A stretch of DNA of 64,000 nt from Eledone cirrhosa (GCA_964016885.1 OZ024740.1:263562001-263626000), one strand, 5' to 3'. Numbered from the stretch's first letter, positions 43,680 through 57,748 are shown. Numbers and translations: made by a program. Notes: a model not told the origin generated them from the sequence alone.

Positions 43680-44036
43680 GCAGATATGCACATATATGCA
43701 CGCATTCACATGTCAAACACAGAAGCTTGTGAAAGCAGCAGAAAACCATGTCACATAAATATGTAAATACACACAGACACAAACACACATGTATGCGCCT
43801 ACCGCATACACACCACACAAAGACATGATGGGGTAAGTAGAACGACAGAAAAATGAAGAGTAAACAAAGGGGCAATAGTCATTGATAGGATTACAACATG
43901 TGTGAGGAAACAGCTTTGACGATTAAATATGACACATCAATAACCATCCAGTTACTAAAACTGTAAAACTTAACAGGTACATGTGCTATTATTGGCACCA
44001 TGACCTAAATCTATAAGAATATTTAATTCAACATAT
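43680..44036 (+). mobile_element. Old, diverged family A copy with a decayed HHR (about 43878-43920)
   Basis: GTCA TTGATAG ... GAAA CAGC TT TGAC and tail CAGGT..TGTG..TTATTGGCACCATGACC. Confidence 0.55.
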
Positions 44037-44049
44037 TATTTCACATAAT

Positions 44050-44239
44050 GGCGGTGGATTGGCAGTATCGGTAGAGGGTCGGACGCCATGCTTTCCAGCA
44101 TAGTTACGTTCCTTTACGATCTGAGTTCAAATCCCGCCGAGGTTGACTTTGTCTTTCATCCTTACGGGGTCGATAAAATAAAGTACCAGTGATGCACTGG
44201 GTAATTGCTGGCCTTGTGCCTAAAGTAGAAATAATTATT
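44050..44239 (+). mobile_element. Full-length tRNA-derived SINE
   Basis: Nearly identical to 36669-36850. Confidence 0.92.
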
Positions 44240-44384
44240 TCACATATCTTGCAAACAAACACAAAGTCTTGTAAACAAATACAAAAAAAAAGCAATAGAG
44301 GATACTGTTTTATGTGATCTGCGGAAAGTTCTGTGGTTATTCCTAACAGTTTGTGCAACAACATATAAAGTATCACATATAATT

Positions 44385-44995
44385 TTATAAATATACTGTA
44401 ATTATTTTACAGTTGATCGATTCAGATTCGCTGCCCCCAGTGATGAGGGCTCGGACGGAGTGAGGAAGCCTTCTCTGGTGTATCGGAGCCCATCTACAGG
44501 CCACCTCTGGAGAATTCATTACCCCGGAGGATAGTGAGGAAGACGTGGTTGATTTGCTATACGATTCGTGAGGCCAGCTCCTGCGTGTAGCCCGGTTTGT
44601 CTCAATAGTATTGAGTAGAGATGTGATCCAGGGGTCAACAATGCTGGAAGTCTCCACTGCTAGATTTGAACACAAACATGTCAGAGAGTGACTGATATTT
44701 CGATAGTTAGCCCTCCTCGGCCTGACGAGCTGCGAATCCTGGGTTAGTTGCCGAATGCACCATGCTTCCGCTGGAGACCGTGTCAGCCCGTAGCATCTCA
44801 GATAAGGGCCTACCACCACGGAAAGGGGTGGTTATTATTCTGTCTGACCATTTACCGTCCTCTCCGCCCAGTCCCGCTGGCTCGATCTGGGAAGGGAAAC
44901 CAGTGACGTCCAAGCTTTACTTCATGATCTCGTTGAAAGCTGTATGACATGGGAGGAGGGCGGCTCTATAACGGCATAAGACTGGGTATAGGCCG
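44385..44995 (-). mobile_element. 3' remnant of a CRE-clade-like retrotransposon (restriction-like endonuclease)
   Basis: LSC..CH..FNEI, GFPSQIEPAGL..DGKWSD..TPFRGGRPL, LAVET..IVDP resemble GIPS.LEP..DGKRPDG..PW..AVET.G.WGP. Confidence 0.72.
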
Positions 44996-46049
44996 AAATA
45001 TTCTTCACGTTACTGAATAAACCGACAGCAAATTTGTTAACTAGAACTTGGTACTGATGCAATAAAGTAAATTAAACTAAAATGGTATAATCTTAGTTAT
45101 TACAGATATTATCATGTGCGTAACTGAAAGAAAGGGAACATAAGTTATTTTTGTATTCGTTTTTCCGCTTATAGATACATATATTACATGTATAAACATC
45201 TACTGAGCATTTAAATATTTTATTGAAGTTTTTTTTCGTTTTTTCTTTTTTGAAGTATAATCAGTGAAGGAAGGGTTCTACCCATGCCTCATTTTAGGGC
45301 TTCCAAGAGTGGTCCAGAGATGTGTTTTCACTCTGGAGCTCTGACATGGATTCTAGCAACACTGGACTTCGTAAAATAGTTAATAGTATATATATTAGAC
45401 GAAACAGTATATTAAATAAACCATGACTCCTATTTGATTATAGCATTTAATGTTAAATAAATAATATTAAAAAACAGTTTATATTTAATTAGGTATTTCA
45501 GTTGTCGTGGAGAGGATTCTAAATTATGAGAAACTAGATGATTAATATATTGTATTATATTCAACATTTATAATGCCTAATGAATGGAAGTGGGTAGGGG
45601 CAACCATTGACTAGGGCAAGGTAATAGCTGGCCTTAATCTGCTTTGATGGGTGTATGTGTGACGGTGCTGCATGTATGTCTGTGTGTGCATCTGCCTGCG
45701 TTTACGTATGCACACACACATATACACACGCACATATATACATATGTGCGTGTGTTAGTGTATTTGTGTATTTTTGTGTGCGTGTGTGTGTGTGTTTCTG
45801 TGTGTGTATGTATGTTTCTGTGTGTGTATGTAAGTGCGTATCCCAAAGATAACTAATAAACGTCGATCACCTATGTAAAGCTGAAAAAATCAGGTAAATT
45901 ACTTCGAGAGAGAAGCGAACTCCGTATGTCTTGAGTACGTTGTGAGTGCATCACCTTTACTCCAAGGATCAACTATACAATACAGCTGGGGGGCTACAGC
46001 GTCGCCAAAATTAAACAACAACGAAATATAAATAACATATATATATACA

Positions 46050-46297
46050 CACACACACAAACAAGATGGCGTAGGACAGAACAAAGGAGAAGCACAAAAA
46101 CAAAGAAAAGATTCCTCAGTCACTGAAGAGGTCACAGAATGTGTGACGAAAGAACTTTGACAATATATATATAAACAATCATCTGGTTTGGGAACCAAAC
46201 AACCAACCGGAAATTTATAAATTTATCATAATAAATTGAAGTGAAATCCACTGGTGCGTGTTTCTTATTGGGAGCATGACCCTCCCAAAGTATAACA

Positions 46298-46300
<3 letters not shown>
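46050..46300 (+). mobile_element. Family A element, HHR at 46119-46161
   Basis: GTCA CTGAAGA g GTCACA gaatg TGTGAC GAAA GAAC TT TGAC; ends in (TA)n. Confidence 0.82.
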
Positions 46301-46394
<94 letters not shown>

Positions 46395-46414
46395 AGTGTG
46401 TGTATGTATATATT

Positions 46415-46474
<60 letters not shown>

Positions 46475-46622
46475 GTATGTATACGTACATACATATATGT
46501 ATACAGACGTACGGTAGTATGTATATATATATATACATACATGCACACATATATATATGTACTTACATTTAAGTATCAGCCGTACAAGGAGTGAGAAATG
46601 AAATGTCGTTTCATTCTTTTCC

Positions 46623-46690
<68 letters not shown>

Positions 46691-46847
46691 ATATATATAT
46701 CCAGGGGGGTGTAACTAGGAGTTACTGCCGATAATTGAGTCAGGTAGGATCGAACAGATTGAACCTTGAGCTGATCAGTGGCGAAACGCGCGTCACCTAT
46801 CAATAAATGCAATGAAGGAGTAATCAATGGTCCTTGTTATCCTTTCA

Positions 46848-46901
<54 letters not shown>

Positions 46902-46956
46902 GTGTATATATATATATGTATATATGTACATATATGTATATATATGTGTATATATC

Positions 46957-46995
<39 letters not shown>

Positions 46996-47903
46996 TTATG
47001 TATGTATTCATGTATGCAAATGCCTTTATAGATCTATGTCCTGGTATGTGTGTGTGCGTGCGTGTGTATGTGTACGTGCGTTTGATGAGTGCTTCAAAAT
47101 GCAAGACGAGGGAAAGATGGAAATAACGTTAGAACTGTGATGTATCTGCTGTCTGTGCCAATATAAGATATAATGGTGCTGCTATGTTTTGGTAAGATAG
47201 CTGAGATAGGGATGTCTGCTACGATGGTGTTGGTGGTGCTGGCGCTGGTGAATAAAGTTGACGGCTGTGACGGAGACCTTAATGTTTATGGTGATGTTGG
47301 TGGTGGATGTGGTGATTTGGGCCGGATGTCATATTAGTTGTATGTGGAGGTGGTGGTGGTGTTTGTGGTGGAGGTGATTGTTGTTGTAGAGATGATATTG
47401 ATGGTTGTGGTTACGATGCTGGTGGCGTATGTAGTAACGGATGTGATAGTGGTTGATTTGGTGATGTAAAGTGGTTTTGTTTTGTGGTGCATGTGATAGG
47501 ATAATGATAGTGATACTATTGGTGTGGGTGGTAGTGGTGTTGATGGTGGATGTGTTAGTGGTCGAGTTGATGATAATGATAATGTTGATGTTGATGAAAA
47601 TATTTCTGTTACTGCTGATGGTGATAACGATTTTGAAAATCTTAATAAAGATGACGATGAAGAGGATATTTAGTGGGGTGCTGATGACGATGATGATGTT
47701 CTTTAAAACAAATGGAACAAAGAACAAACCTATCTCTAAACACAATAACAACCACAACAACACTACTTGGTTATTTCCGTATTTCACCGATGTGGAAAGG
47801 ATGAAAGTTTCCTTCAGCAGGATTTGAACTTGGGACGTAAGGAGGTGGAAAACTACTGCTAAGCACTTGTGTGACGTTCTAATGACCCTGCCAACCCAAT
47901 AGT

Positions 47904-48339
47904 ATATTACTATTCCAGGATAGGTTTTGCACTCTCATTAAGAGGCGGGTATATGTGCCATCCAATCTCCTCTCAAGTTGTGATGTTAGTTGCCAAGTTT
48001 CGAATCCATAAAGTAATATGGGCTTAATGGTTGCTTGTCTAAAATCTATGGCAAACTCCCTCGAGCCACTGCCCTTCTAAAATCCCGGAGAGCTCAATTT
48101 GCTGGCCACTGTCACCGTGCCAGCAATGAAATCATATCCGCTCTCTTGCTCTGGAACCCTGACTCCAGCCTGACTAGGAGTAGGAAGCTGTCATTCCCTG
48201 ACGTTATCTCTAGGGATACGGGAATCAGCAGACAAGACCTGGGGGCAGCGATGGGGGACAGGGGATTCTGGGGCATGAGAGTGAGATCCATCATCTCGAC
48301 ATTAGTCGACGAATGATGATGATGATGATATTACTATTC
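47904..48339 (+). mobile_element. Short RTE insertion with 5' inversion, (GAT)n tail and 12-bp TSD
   Basis: TSD ATATTACTATTC at 47904-47915 and 48328-48339; plus strand IYGKLP..FAGHCHR..; minus strand 47915-48030 PILLYGFETWQLT..RLDGTYTRLL. Confidence 0.9.
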
Positions 48340-48505
48340 ATGTTTTTGTCAATAACTTAAAAAGTTACGATGATTTGTTGTATTAAATGCATGTACCTTA
48401 GACGTTGGAAAATACTTCGAACTAATTGCTGAATCTAACACCCCAGAAATGCCTTCCATTCTTAGCTTCAGTGACTCAAACATTTCTAGATAGGCTTTGT
48501 TAAAT

Positions 48506-48603
<98 letters not shown>

Positions 48604-48896
48604 TGATCAGTCAGAAAGGAAAGTGTAGTGCCTATGATTTTTCCAGACCATCTGACGGGTGCAAGCAACAGAGTGAGAAATGTATTTATAAATCGGAAAC
48701 TTAGTTCAAAAGCTTCAACAGATTCTAATTTGCCAAGAGGAACAACGGATTAAGCCTACAACCTACCTTGAACCACAGATACATCTGAACTAATAATGCA
48801 AAGAAACAAAACAACATGTCTATACACTAACCATAATGTCTATATTTCCTCTACCAAAAGTGTAGATCAAATATAGATGGAAAAAAATGTGCTCGA

Positions 48897-48943
<47 letters not shown>

Positions 48944-48998
48944 TATGTGTGTGTGTATATACATATATAAATAAATAAACACACACATATACATAAAG

Positions 48999-49031
<33 letters not shown>

Positions 49032-49092
49032 TATATAAAGATATATATATACACACAGACACACACACACATATATAAAGATATATATATAT

Positions 49093-49146
<54 letters not shown>

Positions 49147-49206
49147 GTGTGTGTGTGTATATATATGTATATATATATATATATATATCTTTATATATAT
49201 CTATAT

Positions 49207-49332
49207 AATAATAATAATAATAATGAAATTATTGTGTACAATGCTCAGGTGCACTACAACTCATCAAAGGTGCATGTATAGTACATAGAATAATGTACAA
49301 ATGTCAGGAAAATGAACAGTGTATGAGTCATG

Positions 49333-49365
<33 letters not shown>

Positions 49366-49606
49366 AATATTGTGTACAGTGCCCAGGTGCACCACAACTC
49401 ATCAAAAAGTGCATGTACAGTACATAGGGCAATGCACAAACATCAGGAAAATGAACAGTGCACGAGTCATGATATACACATGTGTGCATGTGTATGGAAG
49501 GGGTACATCAGGTGTAGTTTTGGCGTATTTCGGGAAGCATGAGTGTCTTAAAGGATGCAGTGTCTCGGCAGCTAACAACTGATGCAGGCAGTTTGTTCCA
49601 TGCTTC
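49207..49606 (-). mobile_element. CR1-like LINE 3' end with tandemly duplicated 3' UTR and (TAT)n tails
   Basis: Minus strand AWNKLPASVVSCRDTASFKTL; block 49222-49333 is repeated at 49361-49473. Confidence 0.78.
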
Positions 49607-50464
49607 ATATATATACTTTGATGATATATATATTTATATATCATCAAACTTTCTGAACTCCTGTCAAATGTTTGAATGCATATCATCCTCATTTTCATTA
49701 TGATTGATTTCATATCGGGTTATTTTAATTGTCGCATGGGTGAAATATGTGAGAACATTATCACCCACTGTCTTCAGAAATCTACTGAAGCAAACACCCC
49801 AAAAGCAAGGGAGGTAGATTGGCAGAATTCTTTAGAGCTTGAAGAAAAGGCCTTGCAGTATTTGTTCCAGCTCTTTACCTTTGCTTTTTCCCCTTCGTTC
49901 CGGTGTCGATAAACTAAAACACCTGCGATGTAATGAAATTGATATTATCTCTTTTTTGCTGTCCCACTCATAAATTTCTGCTCTTGATCCTACGTGTAAA
50001 ATCAGTGTAAAATCAAGATAAACAAAAAAAAAAAAAAATTGAAACCTGCACTATAGCCCGACTACTGCAAACACACCGCAAGGCCGCCACTTCAGCACCG
50101 CAAAAAACCCCCCCAAAACACAAACATGTCCTCCATCACACAATAATAACATAAATAAGAAAAATTATAGTGACATAAACGTCAGATTCTAGAAATATTT
50201 ATCATAAAATCACACCCTCATATATATATATATAACATATATATAACATATATATAACAATAACAAACAACACAACGCTCATTAAATCACTTCAAACCAT
50301 TTATACAATTATTATGGCTATTATTGTTACTTCTGTTGCATGTCCTGCACCCGTTGCACCCACTGCACTAATTGCAAGCCGTGTTTATATTGTAGCTGAA
50401 GCTGTTGCTGTTTTAATGATGTTGCTAATGTTGCTGAGACGAATGTTAATAGTATTGATATTGT

Positions 50465-50567
50465 TTGTTGTTGATGATGATGATGATGACGTCGACGATG
50501 ATGTTGATGACTGAGGTTGTGGTGAATATGGTGGTGATAGTGATGGTGATGGTGGTGAATATGGTGG

Positions 50568-50599
<32 letters not shown>

Positions 50600-50965
50600 G
50601 TAACGATGATGATGGTGGTGGTAGTGATGTTGATGAATATGATAATGGTGAGGATGCGGGTGATGGTGATGATGCTGAAAATGACGGTGATGGTGGTGAT
50701 GATGTCGATGATGATAGTGATTGTGAGGTTAATGGCGATAGAGATGGTGATGAGGATAATGATGCAATAATGATGAACATAATGATTGTAAGAGGTAGGA
50801 GCCAAGGTATTGTGGTTGTGGGAGTGTGGTGGTGTCGTTTTTATTGGGGTGGAGTGATATGATTGAATATAGTGGTGGCGTATTATTGTTGTTGTTGTTG
50901 TTGTTGTTATTCTGGTAGGGTTATGGTGATAGTTATAGTGGTGGTACGGTGATGTGGTTGACATT
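50465..50965. repeat. (GAT/GGT/GTT)n low complexity
   Basis: Direct reading. Confidence 0.9.
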
Positions 50966-51104
50966 ATTTGACTGTTATTTTGGTGATATTCTTAAATTAA
51001 CTCCCAGATAAAAGCATCATAGCACGGCTGGACATTTGAATTACAGGAACAGCTTTTTCGAGGTCTTCCAAACGATCCTTATTTTGATTTTTGTTTTTTG
51101 CTCA

Positions 51105-51375
51105 GCATAAGCAAGGCAATAAAGACGCTAAAATGCTCGGAGTTACCGAGAAGGGAAAGGGATAAGACTGAGAGGCCATAATTCAAGGAGATAGATGACA
51201 ATTGATGTTGCTATTGAATATTTGCAAATTGTCGTGGCCAGGAATGTAAAAGGTTGGAAAAGAATTCCATAGGTAAGATGTGTTGCGGAAGAAACTATCA
51301 GAGTAGAATTTGTGATTGCATTTATTAACTTCTGCCTAATTACACACACCTGTCTCGAGTCAACTCCAGCTTCTA
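51105..51375 (-). mobile_element. 3' end of an L2/Crack-group LINE
   Basis: Minus strand FYSDSFFRNTSYLWNSFP..NLQIFNSNINCHL*. Confidence 0.65.
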
Positions 51376-52658
51376 CTTCAGTATGATGGAACTCGGAACC
51401 TCATGATAACGCAGTCATGATTGCGTCGCCATACACACGAACACAGGCACATAAACATCCAATATAAATGATATCGGAAGCATAAACTCACATACACCAG
51501 AAGAAAACAAAGCACATGCATAAACGTGTACACACTGACACATACACAAGCACACTCATATGTACATACACACATACACAAGCACATTCATATGTACATA
51601 CACACAAACACAAGCACACAAACACAGACCCATGCCTGAGAACAAAATAATAAATAAACTATAACAAACGATAACGACATCGGTGATATAAATATAGTAG
51701 TGAGAAAGAGATATACACTCGTAAATACACACGCATACATTTACACAAAAACAATGGTAGCTCACAAACGACACATACAAAACGACACATACAAAGTACA
51801 CACAGACACATACACATTTACATAGGCGCGCATGTTCACATACACACGCATACAGAAATAAACCCACAGACACGCAGACACCTGCACACAGGCCCGTGTA
51901 AAGCATGTAATAGGCCCAGGCCAAATGTAGTAACTGTGGTGATTCTAAGCCTACCTATTCTTGCCGGTCGAGTGCAGGCTGGGTGAAATGTTGTCCTGGT
52001 TGGGTGATTATCCTGAAGCCTTTGACACATATGTCAATATTTGAATTCGGACCGCGAGAGCCACAACGGGTACCGCATCATATCTCACCCGACACCCTAA
52101 CAAATACGACATTCTACTACTAAGGAGAGGTGGATGGCTGGAGAAGCACTTTAACTCTCGACCCGAGGAGATGAAAGGCAAATTTAACCACGTTTGGAAT
52201 TGAACACCGAGGGCAGAGTGCAAGACATTCTACACAATACTTTCTACCTTTGAGTACACAAAGCCAAATACATAACGTTCCATGTATAGGTTATGGGTAT
52301 ACATTTAGAGAAAGTGACCGCGTTAGTTCCAACGATGATATTTTCAAGCGTTTGATCAACGGAAAAACCTGCTTGTAAAACTAGCGTGCAAGAGACTGGG
52401 CATTATGTAGACACATGTAAACTTGACGTAAGTCTCAGAGTGATTCAGTGTCACCCAGTGGGTGACAAGATTCACTACTTTACTTACAGGCAGAGGCGAT
52501 CAAACTGGATTGCAAGCTGCTTCCGTCTATTCAGTTTTACGCACAAAGTTTGGGTCTACGCTTCCTCAAGTTTCAAATCCGAAAGCTAATGATTACAAAC
52601 AAAATTTCTAAACATTCGGCCATGCTGTGTCCAGAGGTATATATATATATATTTATAT

Positions 52659-52948
52659 ATAACGAAGGAAATGTGGTAAGGAACCAGATGGACCATAACG
52701 CACCAGAGTACTCAATACTTAGGGTAGTAGAGTGGGTAATAGGAAAAAGTATGACCCCGACAGCAGAGCTCAAGCCGTTTCGACGGGTATTTCTGGACTT
52801 CTAATTTAGTCCAGAAATGGTCGTCTAAATGGCTTGAGCTCTGCCGTCAGGGTCATACTTTTTCCTATTACCCACTCTACTACCCTAAGTATTGAGTACT
52901 CTGGTGCGTTATGGTCCATCTGGTTCCTTACCACAATTCCTTCGTTAT
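52659..52948. mobile_element. Family E palindrome, arms about 140 bp, each with only the 3' half of an HHR
   Basis: Arm consensus GAA ACGGC ttgagctct GCCGT C GGGGTC; (TA)n on both sides. Confidence 0.85.
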
Positions 52949-53162
52949 ATATATATATATATATATATTTAGGTTTGAAGGTTCACCACTGGATAGAGTT
53001 GGTCATTTCGTATGGTCAATCTTGATGTAATAATATGGAGAGTACTCAATGTAAAGCAGCTCAGCCGTCTTCGTCTGTGTAGCTGGCGGTGCGAGTACGG
53101 AGTTAATTATTATAATAAAATAACAGGAGGCTGGACTTGTGTAAATCCTTGAAAGGTTTATT

Positions 53163-53220
53163 ATACTATGATCATTTCAATGACCGGGTTCCGTATGAAT
53201 CCGGTGATATCATCAGGTAT
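53163..53220 (-). ncRNA. Type I hammerhead ribozyme
   Basis: Reverse complement: ATAC CTGATGA tAT cACCGGATTC atacg GAACCCGGT cAT t GAA ATGATCAT A GTAT. Confidence 0.85.
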
Positions 53221-53367
53221 TCGAAATATAATAAATGAATGTAACAGATAAAATCCATGGGGCTGAAAATCATAGACCCAAGGACGACCGACCATCTAGC
53301 ATCTTCCATTTAGCCGGTCGCCATCAACCATTATTCTTTCCTACTTCTCGCAAGTACATCTTGCGCA

Positions 53368-53558
53368 TTATACACAAGGCCAACAATTTGGAGGGGAGGA
53401 GAAAGTCGAGTAAATCGACCCCTGGGCATTACTGGTATTTTTTTTATCGACCCCGTAAAAATGAAAGGCTAAGTTAACATCAGAACGTAAAGGGCTGTAA
53501 TTTATGCCGCAAAGCATGTTTTCCGATGCTCTACCGATACTGACAATATACCACTCTA
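53368..53558 (-). mobile_element. tRNA-derived SINE; further decayed copies near 47760, 49810 and 52080
   Basis: Similarity to the family core. Confidence 0.75.
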
Positions 53559-54790
53559 ATGATAATAAAAATAATCAGAATTTGAGGCGAGTAGCACGCC
53601 CCTCACCAAAACAGAAATTATAGGTTCTTACCAACTAGCTCAGCTGCCCAGTTTGCATACACAAACTTTTACACAGACACAAATAAATAAAATGACAGAA
53701 AAATTTAATATGAGGAAATATATAAATGAAAAAAAAGAAATTGCAGAGGGAAAAAACATTTTCCTGAAGTTTTAATAATAAAAAAAAAACATAAGAAAAT
53801 AAATAAGAATAGAACACAAGGGAACCTCTACTTGGTCGTTAACACCTGCTGGACACATCGCCCAGATCTCACCCAAGTCCCTACCATCTTCACAAAGATA
53901 CTGGGAATGACATCATATTGGACAATGTAGACCTAGATACACTGTGTGGACTAAAAAAAAAATGTGCGCACTTGTTTGTAACCCCTTCGATCATGATTGA
54001 CCAAAAGATCATGATTGACCAAAAGATTATAAACGTGGTCGCTACCTCAAATCTCTATAAAAATCATGAAAATAAATCACATTGAATTATGTAGTTCAAA
54101 TAAAATATAACTAAAATAAAAATTTAAAATAATAACGGAGGGGTGGCCGTGATTGTAAAGTTCTCGGCTAAGATATCTCAAGAAATATAACTACGTGGAT
54201 AAATAGATGATACACTAGAAATAGCCCTCCGATCTACATAAAATATGTCACTTCTTTATAAATATAGTGGGATGTTTACATTGGATAATGTACTCCTCGA
54301 TACACTACGTCTAAGAAAAGAAAAATTAAGGGGTGACCATAACTGTTACAACATCATTCATGGCAGATCTGCGCTAAGTAACAATGATAACAACAACAGC
54401 AGCAGCAATTACATCAAAATAAGCAAACATTAGACAAATACGACATTAAAAGAAGTGTTTTTCTTTTTTTAAATAGAAAAGTTTCTAGAAAAAGAAATTT
54501 GCATTTACCATAGGTATATAGCAGCGGTAAGTCAAAGTAGTAAGATCGGTTTTCGGGTGTCATAATCTCGCATCATGATTCCAGGGATAAACGTATGAGT
54601 ATTACTGTATAGAGATTCATTAAGAATATGTATTTTATCTTTTACGTATGTATGCACGTGTGCATGCATCTATATATGTATGAGATATGATTTACTTATG
54701 AATGTATGCATACATATATTGTATGTTGTATGCAGAAATGTATATATATATCTATGTATGTATGAATGTATGAATGTATGTCAGTATCTA

Positions 54791-54824
<34 letters not shown>

Positions 54825-55261
54825 CACCTTCTAAATAGTTTCTTTTTCTTTTTTTGTCTTTCCTCGTTTTGTTAAAACTTTTACATACGTGGTGTCGTTG
54901 CTGCACTTTTGATAAATAAAGGCATTCTTGTTTTCATAAACTTAATTAATGTAACAATGTTGTACTTTTATTTCTATTGCTTATAATTTCGTTGAAAAGA
55001 AATATCATTCGAAGTGGTACATACAATGAAGGTGCTCCAGTTTGGCCGTAAGACTAGTGGCTCAAACAAACGGAACAACACGTTTATATGTGTGTATAAA
55101 TGTGTACATATGTGTGTGCGTGTGTCCGTCAGTGAGCGTATATTAAGCGTATAAACTAATTCAAAAACTCTGTGTCGTAAGCTTGTTTGTTTCTTATGAT
55201 AACATTTGGTATCTGTGTCTGTGTGTGCGAGTCTGGCTATATATATATATATATATATATG

Positions 55262-55307
<46 letters not shown>

Positions 55308-55530
55308 CGCGCGCGTCTGGCTATATATATATGTATATAAATATATTAGTATTTTCGTTGCTCTGGTATTGTGTGTTAGGTTTTGCCTACCTCAATGTTC
55401 AACTTGTCAAGCTATTTAAACGTATGTTGTTACTCTAAGGACCTACCCTTATTGAGTACTTTGCTACCTCAATCATAGTGTAGGTCGACTTTGCTTGCCC
55501 ACAGCCAAAGCTTCGATTTTACTAAGCTTC

Positions 55531-55606
<76 letters not shown>

Positions 55607-56074
55607 GGGGGGGGGTGTATTATTTTAACTTGTTTCCTTTCTCATATAAATACATTCCTTATTCCTTGTTGTTTTAGTTGTTTTACATTATTTTTATTGA
55701 ATTATATTGTAATAATTGTTCGTTATAGTTGTTATTGTTGCCTTAGTTGCTGTTGCTGTTGCTGTTGTTTCCCTCGTATTCCTGCTGCTGTTGTATTTCT
55801 AGGCTATTCGAAATTCATCTTCCCTTGATCAGTTTCGAAATATAAATGTGTATATGTGTGTGTGTGTGTAGGTGAGTGCGCGAGTCTATGAATGTCGGTG
55901 TGTGTGTATGTGTGCTCGTGTCTCTGAGTGCGCGTGATTGTCTGTGTCTCTCTGTGTCTGTCTGTGAGCGTGTGCTAGTGAGGGTGAGGGCGTTATAATG
56001 GCGCTAAATGTCAGTAAGAGAAAAACAACAATGAAAGTAATTTTAGTAATTAATTAAGGATGCTCAGTTTATAT

Positions 56075-56121
<47 letters not shown>

Positions 56122-56837
56122 AAGAGAGAGAGAAAGAGGGAGAGTTGCTTTGAAAAGTTCTCTACTGTTGAAACGTCGAGGCTTTTGAGTCACCGTTAGA
56201 GCTTCAAGGGTTTAACACATTGTGTGTATGTGAATGTGTGTATAATGTGTATATAAAGTAGATGCGTTAAGATTAGCATGTATAGTTATGTAGTTACGTA
56301 TATCAGTTAGAATCATGCACAGGTATTCTCTCTGTGTGTGTGGTGTATGTGTGTGTGTGCGCGTGCCTGTGTATATCTGCACGCATGTGTATGTAGCTAT
56401 AACACACCACCAAATGTAGTGTGTTGGGAAAGAGACAGTGAGATAAGAGTGAGAGAAAGATTTTGAACGTCAGTGAAAGACGAGCATGTTTATATATATA
56501 TAGTTAGCGAATTCTCTATAAATATTTTGACATACATACAAATATGTCAATAAAACTATAACTATACGCTTATATTTGGTGTAATCGGTTAGCAGGCGTA
56601 TCGCGATAATAAGTGGTGTGGGTTCGATTCTCATGCATGCTGATGGCTATTTGTTTTCGTTATGGGGGTGTAATATGTCCTGCTATTATTGACTATTATC
56701 TGTAGTAAAAAATTCAATTCAATTTTTGTATTCTACACCATTCTTCTAAATTACGCGATCTTTTACTGCACCCCCTCCCCCCTCATATACTTGTGTGTGG
56801 GGTAGAGTGTATGTGTATATGTGTTTGGCTAAGCGAT

Positions 56838-56868
<31 letters not shown>

Positions 56869-57539
56869 CGAGCAGGAAGTGAAAAGTAGTACCTTTATGG
56901 ATGCATTACCAATACATGAAATTTTAGTGTTTGTGTACGCGCGCGCGGATGTTTATGAGGGATAGTTGGTCTGGGATTGAGTAGTAGTAGTAGTAGTAGT
57001 AGTAGCAGCAGCAGTAGCAGCAGAAGTAGTAATAGTAGCAGCAACATCAGGGGTAGAAGAAGAAGAAGAAGAAGAAGAAGAAGAAGAAGAAGAGGGAATA
57101 GGAGGAGGAGTAGGAGGAGGAGGGGGGGGATATTCGGGCTAAACAATAACATGCTCATAATAGTTGGAAGTTTCGGTTGCAATTTGAAAACCTCATCAGT
57201 ACACCACCAACACACAAACATTGGAACATAGGTGCACACTAGAGAGAGATCAAATGTATATCCACACACTGAAAAGACGCAATGTTCCGACAAATTACAG
57301 AAGCGACACACATAAACTCCAACTAGAATGAAACAGAAACATGAGTGGAATAGCAACAACATCACAACTAGTAATTAAGGACAAAATTCAGACATACAGA
57401 GACACACAAGAACCAAACTAATAAAACCAACCAGACACACACAAATAGAACAAACAGCCAATTATTGACAAGTAAATGTACACATAAATGAATAAATAAA
57501 AACACACATGTAGCTGGAGGTAACTCATACGCAAACCAA

Positions 57540-57748
57540 GTACACATACACAAGTTGGTGTAGGACATAACAAAGAAGAGACACAAAATAAGAAATCAGT
57601 CACCAAGGAGGTCACATAATGTGACAATATGTAAACAACCATCCGGTTATTGAAACAACCTACTGGAAATGTGTAATAAATTGAAATGAAAACCAGCAGG
57701 TGCGTATGTTTTTATTGGCAGCATAACCCTCCCAAAGCATAACAATAT
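57540..57748 (+). mobile_element. Family A copy with a partly deleted HHR
   Basis: CAGTCACCAAGGAGGTCACA..TGACAATA and tail CAGGTGCGTATGTTTTTATTGGCAGCATAACCCTCCCAAAG. Confidence 0.7.
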
